Of a stretch of DNA of 64,000 nucleotides, positions 30,201 to 40,054 are shown piece by piece. A model generated the notes under the pieces. The model was not told where the DNA came from. It was given only the letters and a program-made list of their open reading frames with translations, and made no database searches. Positions within the stretch are counted from its first letter, which is position 1. Each line of letters begins with the position of its first letter. A program made the position numbers and the translations under genes. Source of the stretch: a virus; IMG/VR virus record IMGVR_UViG_3300023174_000067, positions 32,001 to 96,000 of that record; one strand, given 5' to 3'.

Positions 30201-32258
30201 CCAACTTAATGTACCACTTCTTTTAGTACTTTTGTAAGTATAAACAGGTTCAGGTCTTCCAAGGAAATCTTGAGGTGTGAAAGATGGTGATGATGATTCA
30301 TTAAAACTTATATCATACGGTGGAAACCACATAATTCTACCACCATTAGGACCTCTTTCACATTCAGGTAAGTCATTATATGTAAATCCTGGTCTATTTG
30401 AAGTCCTCCAAGCTAAATTTTCTACTGAGAACATATATTTTTTAACCTTACCATTAACAATATTTGTTGAGCCAGGATTTTTTGTTGGTGTTATATTTAG
30501 ATTATATGTGTTATCTAAAATAGAATATCCAAATTTTCTAATATTTCCATCTGTTTTTTGTAAATCCGCAAACGTTAAATATGGAGTGTCTTTAGTAAAA
30601 ACTCTACAATAAACATTAGTAGATTCAAATGAGTTTTTAGTTTTATTACTATATTCAACAACTTTAGAACCTTTTGTTATTTCTTTATACCCATCATTAA
30701 AAACTTTACTCAATTGATTAATCGCATTACCAGCATGTGATAATCTTTTAGAACCGTTTGGTGTCGAATCAACAATCCTTTGTGTTTGGTCTAATATGGA
30801 ACTTTGTTTAAAATCATAGTTTTGAGAATCATAAGTTTCTAATTCTGATTTTACTAAATTAAATTGACCATCTTCTTGTGTATATTGGTCTCCTCCAACA
30901 GTAGCTTTAAATCCTGGATTGTTATATTTTGGTGATGTCCAAACTAATCCTCCTGTTACTCCTCCTCCATCACTTGGAGATATTCCATTTAAACCAAAAT
31001 TAAATGTTAACCCATTTTCATATTGATTAGCAACTTCAGTTGGTCCATATACAGGAGCTTTAACTTCAAGTCCCCAAGGATTTATTGGTACTTCTCCTGA
31101 TGGTGATGTAATTCTACCTGGGTCTAAATTTTTACTTCCAACATAATAACCTCCCCTTGTTGGTAAATCCAATAAACTTCTAATTCCACTTCTTACTATA
31201 TCACCAACCTCACCTAATAATGATTTATCATAATCGGGAGAATATCTATTAAATCCTAATTGATAATATAATTGAGCCTTTTGTCCTTCTCCTGTATAAT
31301 CTAAAAATAATTGAGACGGTGATTGTTCATGTAAAAATCTACCAAATAATTTACCGATTGCAGTATCTCTAGGGTCTTTACCTCCTGAAAATGCCGAAGA
31401 TATTTGACCAAATAAATTTAAACTTTGTGAGTTATCTATAAAATAATTTCCAGGTATTACTGAATTTGGTATATAAACGCCTTCAAGTCTATTACTAAAA
31501 TCCATTGACGCCGTTTGCGGACTATTTGGTCTTGTAATACCCCAATCTCTTTCAATCAATGGAGTCTTACCTTGTAAAATTTGAGTTGCTTGGTCTGAGC
31601 TTCCAATTGCCGAAGTTAAATTAACAACACCTAATGTGTTCTTCTTTATTTTAACACCGATTCTATCTTGAAAATATTTTTTTAATGTTCTAGCACCTAT
31701 TTGAGCAATAAAAGAATCTTGTTGTAATGTACCATCACTACCTGTTGGATTTTTTTGAAATAGTATTTGGTACGGTGTATATGTTGAGGGTACAAAACTT
31801 AATGGTTCTGCGTATTGTTTAAATGTTGGTACTCTTTGAGTATTATTAATTGATACTAATTGTATTGTTTCTTGTGGAGCATACTTGTTTTGAGTGGGTA
31901 TATGTTTTTCAATTGGTTCACTTAACTTAGGTAAGTTACCAACAAATGATACACTATATGGTCCTAAATTGGATTTTGTATTGGCTAACCCTCCAACATC
32001 TAATGTTTTCTCAAACCCACCTGTGGGTCCATAAGCATTTAATGGATATAATATATCCGCAAATATATCTTTAGCAATTAAATCGTCATTTGAATCAATC
32101 ACATCTGATGCGACTGAAACCTCATCAGATATATCCCTAACAATATCAGTAATTGAAGGCGGTACATAAACACCAGGTACGGTATAAGGTTTTAAATTCT
32201 TACCTAATAAATCATTCCTATATTTTTTTGTTGAAGCAAATGTTAAATAACTTGGCAT
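27258..32258 (-). CDS. Large tail-tube initiator/baseplate protein with inserted OmpA-like domain
   Basis: FLGRPEPVYTY...RSGTLSWKI and PPVLVLRVGDFY...SLQITYD...PMIAKISLSF (gp48/gpU-like halves) flank an OmpA-like segment; lies right after tape measure gene. Confidence 0.65.
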   Translation of the reverse strand: MPSYLTFASTKKYRNDLLGKNLKPYTVPGVYVPPSITDIVRDISDEVSVASDVIDSNDDLIAKDIFADILYPLNAYGPTGGFEKTLDVGGLANTKSNLGPYSVSFVGNLPKLSEPIEKHIPTQNKYAPQETIQLVSINNTQRVPTFKQYAEPLSFVPSTYTPYQILFQKNPTGSDGTLQQDSFIAQIGARTLKKYFQDRIGVKIKKNTLGVVNLTSAIGSSDQATQILQGKTPLIERDWGITRPNSPQTASMDFSNRLEGVYIPNSVIPGNYFIDNSQSLNLFGQISSAFSGGKDPRDTAIGKLFGRFLHEQSPSQLFLDYTGEGQKAQLYYQLGFNRYSPDYDKSLLGEVGDIVRSGIRSLLDLPTRGGYYVGSKNLDPGRITSPSGEVPINPWGLEVKAPVYGPTEVANQYENGLTFNFGLNGISPSDGGGVTGGLVWTSPKYNNPGFKATVGGDQYTQEDGQFNLVKSELETYDSQNYDFKQSSILDQTQRIVDSTPNGSKRLSHAGNAINQLSKVFNDGYKEITKGSKVVEYSNKTKNSFESTNVYCRVFTKDTPYLTFADLQKTDGNIRKFGYSILDNTYNLNITPTKNPGSTNIVNGKVKKYMFSVENLAWRTSNRPGFTYNDLPECERGPNGGRIMWFPPYDISFNESSSPSFTPQDFLGRPEPVYTYKSTKRSGTLSWKIVVDHPSILNTIAQKELKNESNVKRVNDIVSSFIAGCLKFDIYELAKRWNTIPTNQLYEMQQYVMNNGYLTQEDIKVVGDEIGGSNTTNSTATPDKVDVKTSDIQVPDLKAFEGYAYYFDNDCPDCVNTNNTTTTQQWNTLYNNYIGKESTYLTRAATPSNKTAVSQFFSTIKFNYTKTEEFYKKIDEFFKAFKAGPQNTTKPSVEIVLTASASAPATKSYNVNLSKRRINSIENYIKNVSILSEYFKDGSLKITNGAAQGEDATVSPKTTDGVTVSQGFNCTDNDTNKTPYDKIYSPNAMACRRTAISKVIVTKPEPQKQNPNGDGAGATGSGGGTITSNTVKTPPGYKPRVPIPPTITTNQKIKDGISKKILRYILSECDYFEIIKENNPFIYDSIKEKIRYFDPVFHSTTPEGLNSRLTFLQQCMRPGDTIPVIGIDGKPKYNNSVNTSFGAPPVLVLRVGDFYHTKIIPNSLQITYDPLIFDLNPEGIGVQPMIAKISLSFDIVGGEGLKGPIDKLQNALSFNYYANTEMYDERADWTDDSFKKIDADLVKAILDEQPTVGVNDVKNNLENGGGNTIGVIQEKNVTDSGTTGTITYQKIMDEFYGGGQSYIDVIYGKTNEIITNYNLPIYNLFSAKRNYTDGKTCEFTSPNSTSLWGKSDRFEKELGLLRNEIEKDIRSVKSKTDPGFEFLQKVYREEFSQSSILKLKSNLINEVDLADIDIRNTLSQVTSNFVTEEQSLILTMRKLDFVDTKHDGYIKQDQGTEIYNISATTGVQSGSTSATTSGDTYGELITDYKSGSDKLKTYYEFLKENGLIDVTFDNNDIKFPPKADGLGFDFPSCSDCSKAERRFYTMMSKRILTEFDAFRTSVLNGIENEQANGLTMANVFDTSFNVKKVDYKREHDYELDVLKVFTSGYTQNYKSWNPFVKGKVRKFTFETAPSGTTQNESVRLQNIYKIGNSNTDKAVFNGKNKLL

Positions 32259-32293
32259 TTAGTTTTATTTATAAATACTATATTTATTTATTT

Positions 32294-34231
32294 TTATTGA
32301 CCAACACCCATTAAAGCGTTATTACTACTATTAATTTCAGATAACTTTTTTTGTAGTGTTGACATCCAATTAGGGTCATTAAGAGCCATATTCCAAATAT
32401 TTTGTAAATTATCAGGGAACTTATGTTCTATAATACCATTAACAGAAACTGAAGAAGAATTACTAAGATTAGTAGTATTATTAATATTTGTATTACTAGA
32501 ATTCAAATTTGTATTGTTTGACATTGTAGTATTATTCGACATTGGTAATGGGGTAATGTTTAACGAGGGAACAAACCCTTGAAGTTTAGAAAGAACAGCA
32601 TTTGAAATTCCATTAGCAAACATTGAATAATCAATATTAGTTCCATCGTTTTTTGATATCTGTGTTGCAGTTGCGGGTATTTTTTGAAGAGCATTCGCAA
32701 TTTCTAAGATTGCTTTTTTTGATGTACTTCCTAATTCTTTTACGACATCATCAAATGATTTTCCTCCTTTAGTTAAATTAATAATTTGGTCAACTAACTC
32801 TCCTCCTAGTTGACTCATATTGTTTGTGATTCTTGTGACATCTACAACCCCTTTATCTTTAAAATCAACACCCATCGCTTCTGCAGTTGCCTTTTGTAAT
32901 GGTTCCGCATATTGCGCGGCTTTATTAAAAATATTATTAAAACCAGTCGACGCTGCCACGGCTCTTGGAGCAACACCCTTTAATGCCGAAGTATTATTAG
33001 CAATATTAGTTAAGCTATTATTTGCGTCTCTTTGTAATTGTGTTGGGTCTTTTTTAGCCTCTTCCTCCATTTTTTGTATTCTCTTCTTATCTGCATCAGT
33101 AAGTTGGTCTACAGCCTTAGTAATTACTTTACCATTTTCATCCGAAATTTGAACAACATATTTATTTTCAAATTCGGTTCCTTGTTTACCTAATTGAGCC
33201 ATATGAGCAACCATCATTCTATCTTCTTCACTTGCAAAATTTCCATTAAATTTTATTTCATTCATTTTTCTGTCCAAGTCACCAGCGTTTACCGCCATCT
33301 TAGCTAATTCGGCACTTGACATACCTAAAGCACCTGCTATTTCTCTTAACTGTCCTTGAGCTCCAGGTAATATTGCCATTCTTTGATTTTTCTCATCAAA
33401 ATAAGTCAAGGATTTAGTCATTTCAATAATTGAACTCTGTAATTCGGCAGGGTCGTTTCTTGCCATATCCATAAGTTTGTATGGGTCAAGTAAATTACTA
33501 ACTTCAACTCCCATGGCCTGTAGTTTTGCCGACATCTCAATAGCATCTTCAGGATTAAATAACTTATCCGCAATATCTAAAGTTTTGGACATATCAATTC
33601 TAAGACCAGCCGCCTGTGCCGCCATCTTAGCCATTCCTTGTACACCGTTATCAAAATTATAAAGATTTAATTTACCTATATTAGTACTAAGTTGAGTGTA
33701 TACCGCAGAAGTTGCAACTCCCATTTGTCTTGCTGTTGTTATCAATCCACCCATATCTTTAGTCATTTGATATATTCCAATTCCCGCATCCGAAAATTCT
33801 TTAACTAATTTTGCGGTTGATTCAGCGGTAGCCTTATTACCATCCCCAATTAAATTACCAATAGCATATATATCTTTAAAAGAATCTTTATCAATCTCTG
33901 TTTGAGTACTTAAACCCTTCATTACCCCTTGTTGCATTTTAATTACATCATCCATACTACCCCCTAAAGCAACAACACTAGCGGTTGCCTCGTTAATAGT
34001 TTGTTTAATTTCATTCGCAAACTCTCTATTCCCCCCAAACTTTAATGCTATTTCGGTAACCGCAGTTTCCATAGAATTAAAATCTTTAAGTAAATTTGCA
34101 AAAAATTGTGTGGTATTACTCTGAGCAACACCGACCAAATCAATGGAGTCTTTCAATCTTTTCATTAAATCAAAAGATTCTTGAACTGGTGTTCCTTGAG
34201 TGTCGGTACCTCCTGTAGCGTATAACATCAT
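32294..34231 (-). CDS. Tape measure-like protein
   Basis: Helical A/M/Q-rich 645-aa ORF downstream of tube and chaperone genes. Confidence 0.7.
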   Translation of the reverse strand: MMLYATGGTDTQGTPVQESFDLMKRLKDSIDLVGVAQSNTTQFFANLLKDFNSMETAVTEIALKFGGNREFANEIKQTINEATASVVALGGSMDDVIKMQQGVMKGLSTQTEIDKDSFKDIYAIGNLIGDGNKATAESTAKLVKEFSDAGIGIYQMTKDMGGLITTARQMGVATSAVYTQLSTNIGKLNLYNFDNGVQGMAKMAAQAAGLRIDMSKTLDIADKLFNPEDAIEMSAKLQAMGVEVSNLLDPYKLMDMARNDPAELQSSIIEMTKSLTYFDEKNQRMAILPGAQGQLREIAGALGMSSAELAKMAVNAGDLDRKMNEIKFNGNFASEEDRMMVAHMAQLGKQGTEFENKYVVQISDENGKVITKAVDQLTDADKKRIQKMEEEAKKDPTQLQRDANNSLTNIANNTSALKGVAPRAVAASTGFNNIFNKAAQYAEPLQKATAEAMGVDFKDKGVVDVTRITNNMSQLGGELVDQIINLTKGGKSFDDVVKELGSTSKKAILEIANALQKIPATATQISKNDGTNIDYSMFANGISNAVLSKLQGFVPSLNITPLPMSNNTTMSNNTNLNSSNTNINNTTNLSNSSSVSVNGIIEHKFPDNLQNIWNMALNDPNWMSTLQKKLSEINSSNNALMGVGQ

Positions 34232-34263
34232 AAATAAAAGATTTAACTATAAATAGTTAGTTA

Positions 34264-34425
34264 TTAATTTTCTGTTGGTGTGTTCTCTTTAATCAATTCA
34301 TTGATAATATATTTTCTAAGATATATGGGCATGATAATAAAGTCCGTAAAAGAAACATTTAAATGTTTCGTACAGACATAATATTCCCAAGATTGTAATT
34401 GTCGGTAATTAGAAGAAAGGCCGAA
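34264..34425 (-). CDS. 53-codon +1-frame extension of the tail assembly chaperone (gpT-like), probably frameshift-expressed
   Basis: FGLSSNYRQLQSWEYYVCTKHLNVSFTDFIIMPIYLRKYIINELIKENTPTEN*; overlaps the chaperone 3' end, no 5' ATG. Confidence 0.65.
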   Translation of the reverse strand, partial: FGLSSNYRQLQSWEYYVCTKHLNVSFTDFIIMPIYLRKYIINELIKENTPTEN

Positions 34426-35152
34426 AGAACTCTGCCCCGAAGGATATATTCACATATACCTCCTTTCCTGATGGGGCCTTTACTGTTTTGGTTAATTCTA
34501 AACTTGGTTCATTATCATCAATGAATTTTCTAATGAATTTTGAATCTGAAATAGGTAAAGTTTCTATATTTTGACTAATAATATTTCTATCTGTAGTACC
34601 ATTTAACTCAATAATCATTTTATTAAGTTTCCATGTTTGTTTTGGAGCAACTCTACCCGATGGATATTTCGAGGCTAAATCATCTAAATCAGATAATTCA
34701 CCAAAAGATAATGGTTTTAATTTTACACTAAAACCAGATTTAGGTAATATAGTTGAGAAGGAACCATCTTCATTTGGTTCTATTTCTGTTTTTTTAATAT
34801 ACAATTCTTCTAAACTAATTGTAGATTCAAATGGTTTCATTGTATCGGGGTCATTAACACTAAATCGATATTCAGGACCAAAAGCAGTATTTCTTAAAAA
34901 TATTAATATAGCTTGTATATCACCCTGTAACAATTCATCAGGTTTAATATCACTTTCATATATTTTATTTCTTAATAGTGTCATTATAAGATTATCACCA
35001 CCTGCCAATAATAAGTTTTCATCAGCAGCAGTTAAATAACCTATTTTAAGTGCACTTTTTTTAGATTTGTAGAATACTCCTCTTGATGGGAGTTTTACCA
35101 CATCATGTGGTAAATTAAATTCTTTTTGACCATATTGTTTTGATTCATCCAT
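34409..35152 (-). CDS. Tail/baseplate assembly chaperone (T4 gp26-like)
   Basis: VKLPSRG.FY, YLTAADENLL, GD..AILIFLR.TAFG.EY, ends FFRPFF; lies between tube and tape measure genes. Confidence 0.75.
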   Translation of the reverse strand: MDESKQYGQKEFNLPHDVVKLPSRGVFYKSKKSALKIGYLTAADENLLLAGGDNLIMTLLRNKIYESDIKPDELLQGDIQAILIFLRNTAFGPEYRFSVNDPDTMKPFESTISLEELYIKKTEIEPNEDGSFSTILPKSGFSVKLKPLSFGELSDLDDLASKYPSGRVAPKQTWKLNKMIIELNGTTDRNIISQNIETLPISDSKFIRKFIDDNEPSLELTKTVKAPSGKEVYVNISFGAEFFRPFF

Positions 35153-35158
35153 ATATAT

Positions 35159-35200
35159 AAAAAATTAACCGTAGAGAGTTTATAGTTTCCCTACGGTTAA
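35159..35200 (-). terminator. Stem-loop between tube gene and chaperone gene
   Basis: TTAACCGTAG/CTACGGTTAA 10-bp inverted repeat, U-run on the minus strand. Confidence 0.6.
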
Positions 35201-35242
35201 ATATACAATAGTATTTTTTTTTATCAATATAATTTGATGATA

Positions 35243-35731
35243 TTAGTAAATTAATATACATCTATCAGGACGAAGAGTTGCTGAAATACCAACTAAACCA
35301 TCTTGACCGTAGTTCAAATCTCCAAATCCTACATCAGTTAAGAATGTGTTAACTAGTTGCCATTTTTCAACAACAACCCCTGTTGGGTCTAACATTTCTA
35401 AAAAAACATCCCTTTTATAACCAACTGCATATCCCATACGACCTGTAACAGACTCTGCATGTAAACGAACCCATTCCATTAACGCTTGTGTTGCTGATGG
35501 TCCAATAGGGTCTCTAAACTTAACCTGAATTGGGTCCCAAGTAAATCTACCTGCAACATATGTCTCAGTATTTAAGAAAGGAATTGGTACAGAGTTAATT
35601 TTTACGTGTGGTCTACCAACAGACTCCACAAACCATTCGTTTATACCCAAATCAGATGGAAATCTTAAGATGAATCGATTCTGCCTTTTGGGTTCGTACG
35701 GTATCGGCATTTTCATGAGTAAATCAGCCAT
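35243..35731 (-). CDS. Tail tube protein (T4 gp19-like)
   Basis: YEPKRQNRF, YVAGRFTW, MEWVR, YKRDV.LEMLDPTGVVVEKW. Confidence 0.9.
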   Translation of the reverse strand: MADLLMKMPIPYEPKRQNRFILRFPSDLGINEWFVESVGRPHVKINSVPIPFLNTETYVAGRFTWDPIQVKFRDPIGPSATQALMEWVRLHAESVTGRMGYAVGYKRDVFLEMLDPTGVVVEKWQLVNTFLTDVGFGDLNYGQDGLVGISATLRPDRCILIY

Positions 35732-35844
35732 AATATTTAAATTTTAATTTTTTGTTTTTATTATTTATAAATACTTCCTTTTTAAAAATTTTTGTATTTA
35801 CTTTATTTTTTTAATTTTTATTCTTCTACTAGAAACTTACTTAA

Positions 35845-36660
35845 TTAATATCTAGTTTTAGTTCCTCCATGAGTTGAATATACCTTAACTATATTTTCTG
35901 AGTCATCTTCAAAATGTTTCTTAATTGCTTCTACATTTTTAATATCATCATCAGAAAAACCAATAGTAGGTAAGAAATAGTTTCTAATGTCGTTTTTTAA
36001 GAAAGCTTTTTTATGTAATTGTCCCGAAAGTTCTTTAATATAACTTACAAATTCCTTTAAGGATTTTACTTTTTCTTCTTCAGGGTTAGCCTCAGCACCT
36101 TTACCAAACGAAACAGGATAAAATCTACATAAGTCCAAATAACTTTTAATTAATTCCATATCGTTTAATTCTTCTTGGTCGGTAAATTCTCTATATTTTT
36201 TTAAGTTCTTAACTAGTTCATTTTTATCAATTCCATTGAATCCCGATATAATATAATTATATACGGCTTCTTTAATTGTATTAGGGTTGTGACCCCTAGC
36301 TGTAATAATCGAAAATATTGAACCGTTATTTATTGCCTCTTTAAAGTCTTCCCAAGCTGGACCTGGTTTTGCTAAAGTAGAATCAATAATAAATAATTTA
36401 TCACCTTCAGTTTTAAAATTTCTAAATGGTGTTTCAGCATATGATACAATTTTTTCACCATTATACATGAAATCTTCTTTACCTATTCTACTTCTATATT
36501 TTGCAAAATCTTCGGTAGACATCCCAATTTCTTCGTCTTTATCATTTTTGACAATAATTTGTGTTGGCATTGTAACAATATTATCATCCCAATCAAAAGC
36601 GTAATACTTTAAATCAGGAGTACCTTCGCCACCCATACCTTCTTTTAATCTTTTTCTCAT
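35845..36660 (-). CDS. HAD-superfamily hydrolase-like protein
   Basis: Motif I FDWDDNI, motif II ITARGH, Lys, motif IV GFSDDD. Confidence 0.65.
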   Translation of the reverse strand: MRKRLKEGMGGEGTPDLKYYAFDWDDNIVTMPTQIIVKNDKDEEIGMSTEDFAKYRSRIGKEDFMYNGEKIVSYAETPFRNFKTEGDKLFIIDSTLAKPGPAWEDFKEAINNGSIFSIITARGHNPNTIKEAVYNYIISGFNGIDKNELVKNLKKYREFTDQEELNDMELIKSYLDLCRFYPVSFGKGAEANPEEEKVKSLKEFVSYIKELSGQLHKKAFLKNDIRNYFLPTIGFSDDDIKNVEAIKKHFEDDSENIVKVYSTHGGTKTRY

Positions 36661-36672
36661 ATTCTGAATAAA

Positions 36673-36696
36673 GGGTGGGGAGTTTATCCCCCACCC
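36673..36696 (-). terminator. GC-rich hairpin after the sheath gene
   Basis: GGGTGGGG/CCCCACCC stem followed by UUU. Confidence 0.65.
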
Positions 36697-36712
36697 ATTT
36701 TAATTATAAATA

Positions 36713-39700
36713 TTATATATTGTCAAATGATGCTCCTGTTGGAGTAATTAAGAATTCAATATCTATAAACTCTAACGCTCTTGTTGGTTTTATATAAATT
36801 TTACCAACCAATTGATTTCTATCCAAATCTTCAGGTGATGAAGAAACTGTTACACGGAAATCGTATAAACCTCTATCTCTTCTAATAGCATCTAAAATAG
36901 GATTAACCGCATTTAAGAAATCTTGTCTTACTTTTTCATCGTTTTGTTCAAACAATAATCTTACAGATACTGCTGAAATTAACTTACGAGCTTGTAATAA
37001 CAATCTTCTTACATTGATTCTATCAAGAGCACTTTCTCTAATTTGTAGAGTTTTGTTACCCCAAATTACGGTACCAACATCTGAGAAGGTCGCAATTGGA
37101 TTGATTCTACCAACATATAACGTATCTCTATCTTCTTGAGTTAGTTTCTTTCTCGCTTTGATAGCACTTACAAGACCTCTTGTGTAACCCGCTGATGCAA
37201 ACCAAGGGAATGCGATGTTATCAGTTAACGCTAAGTTACGAGTAACTTCTGCGGTTGCAGGAATGTAAATTTGAGTATTATTAACAGTATCTCTTGTCAA
37301 TACCCAAGGATAATATGTTGCGGTATAGTTTGAATCAATACCAGTTTCAAATAGGTTATTAACCGCATCTGTAGGATAAATCAAATCAAATTGACTTGTT
37401 GTTGTTGGAACAAACATATTAAAATCAGGTGTAGTTACAATATACAATGAATCTGCTCTATTATACTCAATCATTTCAATTGCAGATTCAGCAAGATTAC
37501 TATTGTTTACGTAGTCAATACCTGGAGTTACAAATACGTTAATATTTACAGACTCAGGATTTGAGAATGTTTGTTGACCTAATAAATAAGCGTAATAGTC
37601 AGTATTTGCCCAATCTACATTATTATCCCCAATTGCAATTTGTCTGAATAAACCAGAACCAGTTGCGTTTGGATATCTATCGTCAGGTGCTGCACCTGCT
37701 AAATAACCACTTTGACCTAATACAAATCTATCACCATTTGTACGATATTCTCTATATATATCCCATCCGTCAAATCCTCCAGCAACAAATACCGTGAATT
37801 TTCTAGCATATAATCTATAATAAGGGTTTGTTTGTTTATCAGGTTCACTACTGAAATTTGCAGCACCTACCGCAAACGCTGTTCTACCTGAACTTGACCA
37901 ATTATCAGAAATTGAGATAATAGTTGCTCCTGAATCCATATGGAATCCTTTAGTTAAAAAATCCCATGGTTGTAGAATAGGGTTTAAAGTAGTTCCAACA
38001 TTTTGTTTACCAACATATTGGAAGAAATCCAAATCATATTCTGAATCCACAGAGTTAGATAAACCTAAATAAGTTCTTCTAACGTTATCACCCGAAGTTG
38101 TTGTTGGATTATCGGTACCATTTGAATAACCAAATGGAGGATTATATACAACTTCACCAGGATAATTATATCTTGTTTTGTAAACAGGGAATGGTGACCT
38201 TACACCATCATATTTTCTGAATGGATAACCTTCAAAACCACAAGGTAATGCGTCTTTAGGAGCGTCTTCATTCATTTCAACCATTATAAATTTAGATTTC
38301 AAAGCGAACTCACCATCTGAAGAACCTATTTTTTTAGCGACAAAGTTGTTTTGATTTAAATCCATTGAACAATTTGTGAATTTTTCTAAAACAACGGGTG
38401 CGTCATCGGTATCATAGAAATCACGAACAATTACATCAAATGTTTGATTATCAAATGACATATTAATCATTGATATTTTAATTTGACTATTTGCCGAATT
38501 ACCATCAGCTATTGAAATTACTTTAAATAATCTATAAACTTTAGTACCTCTTAATTCAGAAACTAACCAAGGTGTTTCAGGAGATTGGTATTTTTCAAGA
38601 TAACAAGCAATATTATCAGTTTGTTGACTTCTCGCACTATCAAGTCTTACTAAATCTTGTCTTAAACCTCTAATATATCCTTTATTATATGCCCATTGTA
38701 ATAAACTATCAAATCTTTCTTCAACAAACAATGGAACATCTGCTCTTGGTTTACCAAAATTATCAACACCAAATACTTTAGGTAGATATGTTGAATCTGA
38801 AATACTGAATGATGTTTTAAATACAAAAGATTTACCGTCATCATTAGTTACATTAACTGCAAATGTTGAAAAAGGATTCTTTAATACCGCCGAATAAGTA
38901 CCACTAAAATCTAAAGTAGTTGCACTTAATTCACTCACTTCATATTTTGGACCATCATGAGTCGCATTAAATGTAGAAATACCTCTTGACCTTAAAGTTG
39001 CAATAACCATATTATTATAGTTAGTGTAAGAAGTACCTGTGTAATAGTATATTTTACCATGAACAGTACCTGAGAAACAATCTGGTTGTGTTGTAGTTGT
39101 TGTTGTATAAGGAGATGTAGTACTCGTTGTAACACAAGGATTACTTTGAGTTGTTGTTGTAGTCGTAGAAGTTGTAGTGGTTGTTGTTTTAGGTAACATG
39201 GTCATATTAGACACAATAGTCCAAAATGAAAATCCACTATAAGCATCTACTAAACAGTTACTAAATTGATTGTAATACCAAGGGTCATTTTGTGGTGCTG
39301 AAAAATCGGCTAATGAATAACATACATTAGATACGTTATAAACATTAGTTTCACCAGTAAAAATAGGACTTAATAATACGTAATCTTCTTCAGATACAGT
39401 ACCAAAATAACTAATTGATGTTAATTGTGAAGTTGGATTGCTAAAAATACCCAATAATTGATTATTAATTTCCGTTCTTATTGTTGAAGAACCTCCATTA
39501 AATTCGGTATAAGCAACGTCCAATAAACTTTGAATATCGTCAGGAAAATTAGTTAAAAATGAAATAGAACCATTTTGATTTGAACATCCTGAGAAATCAA
39601 CATCAAAAGAAAGTTCTACAATATCACAATTTATATCACAAGTATTTGTTTCATAGTTTGGAGTTGATGTACAAACTTGATTAAAACCAACAGTAGTTGG

Positions 39701-40054
39701 GTCAACATTTGCGATTGTTTGAATAGACCATGATGGTCCCGCATCATACCCTGACAATCCAAGAACCCTTGTCATGAACATTTGGTTAGATTGTTGTAAA
39801 TATGCTTTAGCTATATATGCCGCTTCATATTTAGGTATTTGCGTGTTTATAAATTTTTCAGGAGTAGTTCCTCCAAAATAAGTTTGGAACTCATCATAAC
39901 TTGATATAAAAATAGGTTCGAATGCAGGTCCTCTTAATGCTTCACCTACAATACCTAAAGTTGTTACACCAACACTTTGAGTTACAAAGCTTAAATCTCT
40001 TTCTGACGTATACACCCCTGGGGATACGAAAACTTTACTGTTTGTTGCCATCAT
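36713..40054 (-). CDS. Contractile tail sheath protein (gp18-like)
   Basis: VSPGVYTSERDLS, GPAFEP, YYPWV, PWFASAGYTRG, RINPI, VIWGNKTL, RINVRRLL, FEQND. Confidence 0.96.
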   Translation of the reverse strand: MMATNSKVFVSPGVYTSERDLSFVTQSVGVTTLGIVGEALRGPAFEPIFISSYDEFQTYFGGTTPEKFINTQIPKYEAAYIAKAYLQQSNQMFMTRVLGLSGYDAGPSWSIQTIANVDPTTVGFNQVCTSTPNYETNTCDINCDIVELSFDVDFSGCSNQNGSISFLTNFPDDIQSLLDVAYTEFNGGSSTIRTEINNQLLGIFSNPTSQLTSISYFGTVSEEDYVLLSPIFTGETNVYNVSNVCYSLADFSAPQNDPWYYNQFSNCLVDAYSGFSFWTIVSNMTMLPKTTTTTTSTTTTTTQSNPCVTTSTTSPYTTTTTTQPDCFSGTVHGKIYYYTGTSYTNYNNMVIATLRSRGISTFNATHDGPKYEVSELSATTLDFSGTYSAVLKNPFSTFAVNVTNDDGKSFVFKTSFSISDSTYLPKVFGVDNFGKPRADVPLFVEERFDSLLQWAYNKGYIRGLRQDLVRLDSARSQQTDNIACYLEKYQSPETPWLVSELRGTKVYRLFKVISIADGNSANSQIKISMINMSFDNQTFDVIVRDFYDTDDAPVVLEKFTNCSMDLNQNNFVAKKIGSSDGEFALKSKFIMVEMNEDAPKDALPCGFEGYPFRKYDGVRSPFPVYKTRYNYPGEVVYNPPFGYSNGTDNPTTTSGDNVRRTYLGLSNSVDSEYDLDFFQYVGKQNVGTTLNPILQPWDFLTKGFHMDSGATIISISDNWSSSGRTAFAVGAANFSSEPDKQTNPYYRLYARKFTVFVAGGFDGWDIYREYRTNGDRFVLGQSGYLAGAAPDDRYPNATGSGLFRQIAIGDNNVDWANTDYYAYLLGQQTFSNPESVNINVFVTPGIDYVNNSNLAESAIEMIEYNRADSLYIVTTPDFNMFVPTTTSQFDLIYPTDAVNNLFETGIDSNYTATYYPWVLTRDTVNNTQIYIPATAEVTRNLALTDNIAFPWFASAGYTRGLVSAIKARKKLTQEDRDTLYVGRINPIATFSDVGTVIWGNKTLQIRESALDRINVRRLLLQARKLISAVSVRLLFEQNDEKVRQDFLNAVNPILDAIRRDRGLYDFRVTVSSSPEDLDRNQLVGKIYIKPTRALEFIDIEFLITPTGASFDNI

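Noticed and set aside
32270-32277. TATAAATA on the + strand as a T4 gp55 late promoter
   Set aside because: It points away from the adjacent minus-strand gene; the consistent coding-strand motif is TATTTAT
7159-40054. Sheath/tube/baseplate set as a bacterial contractile injection system or tailocin
   Set aside because: Interleaved with phage replication genes and adjacent head-neck genes
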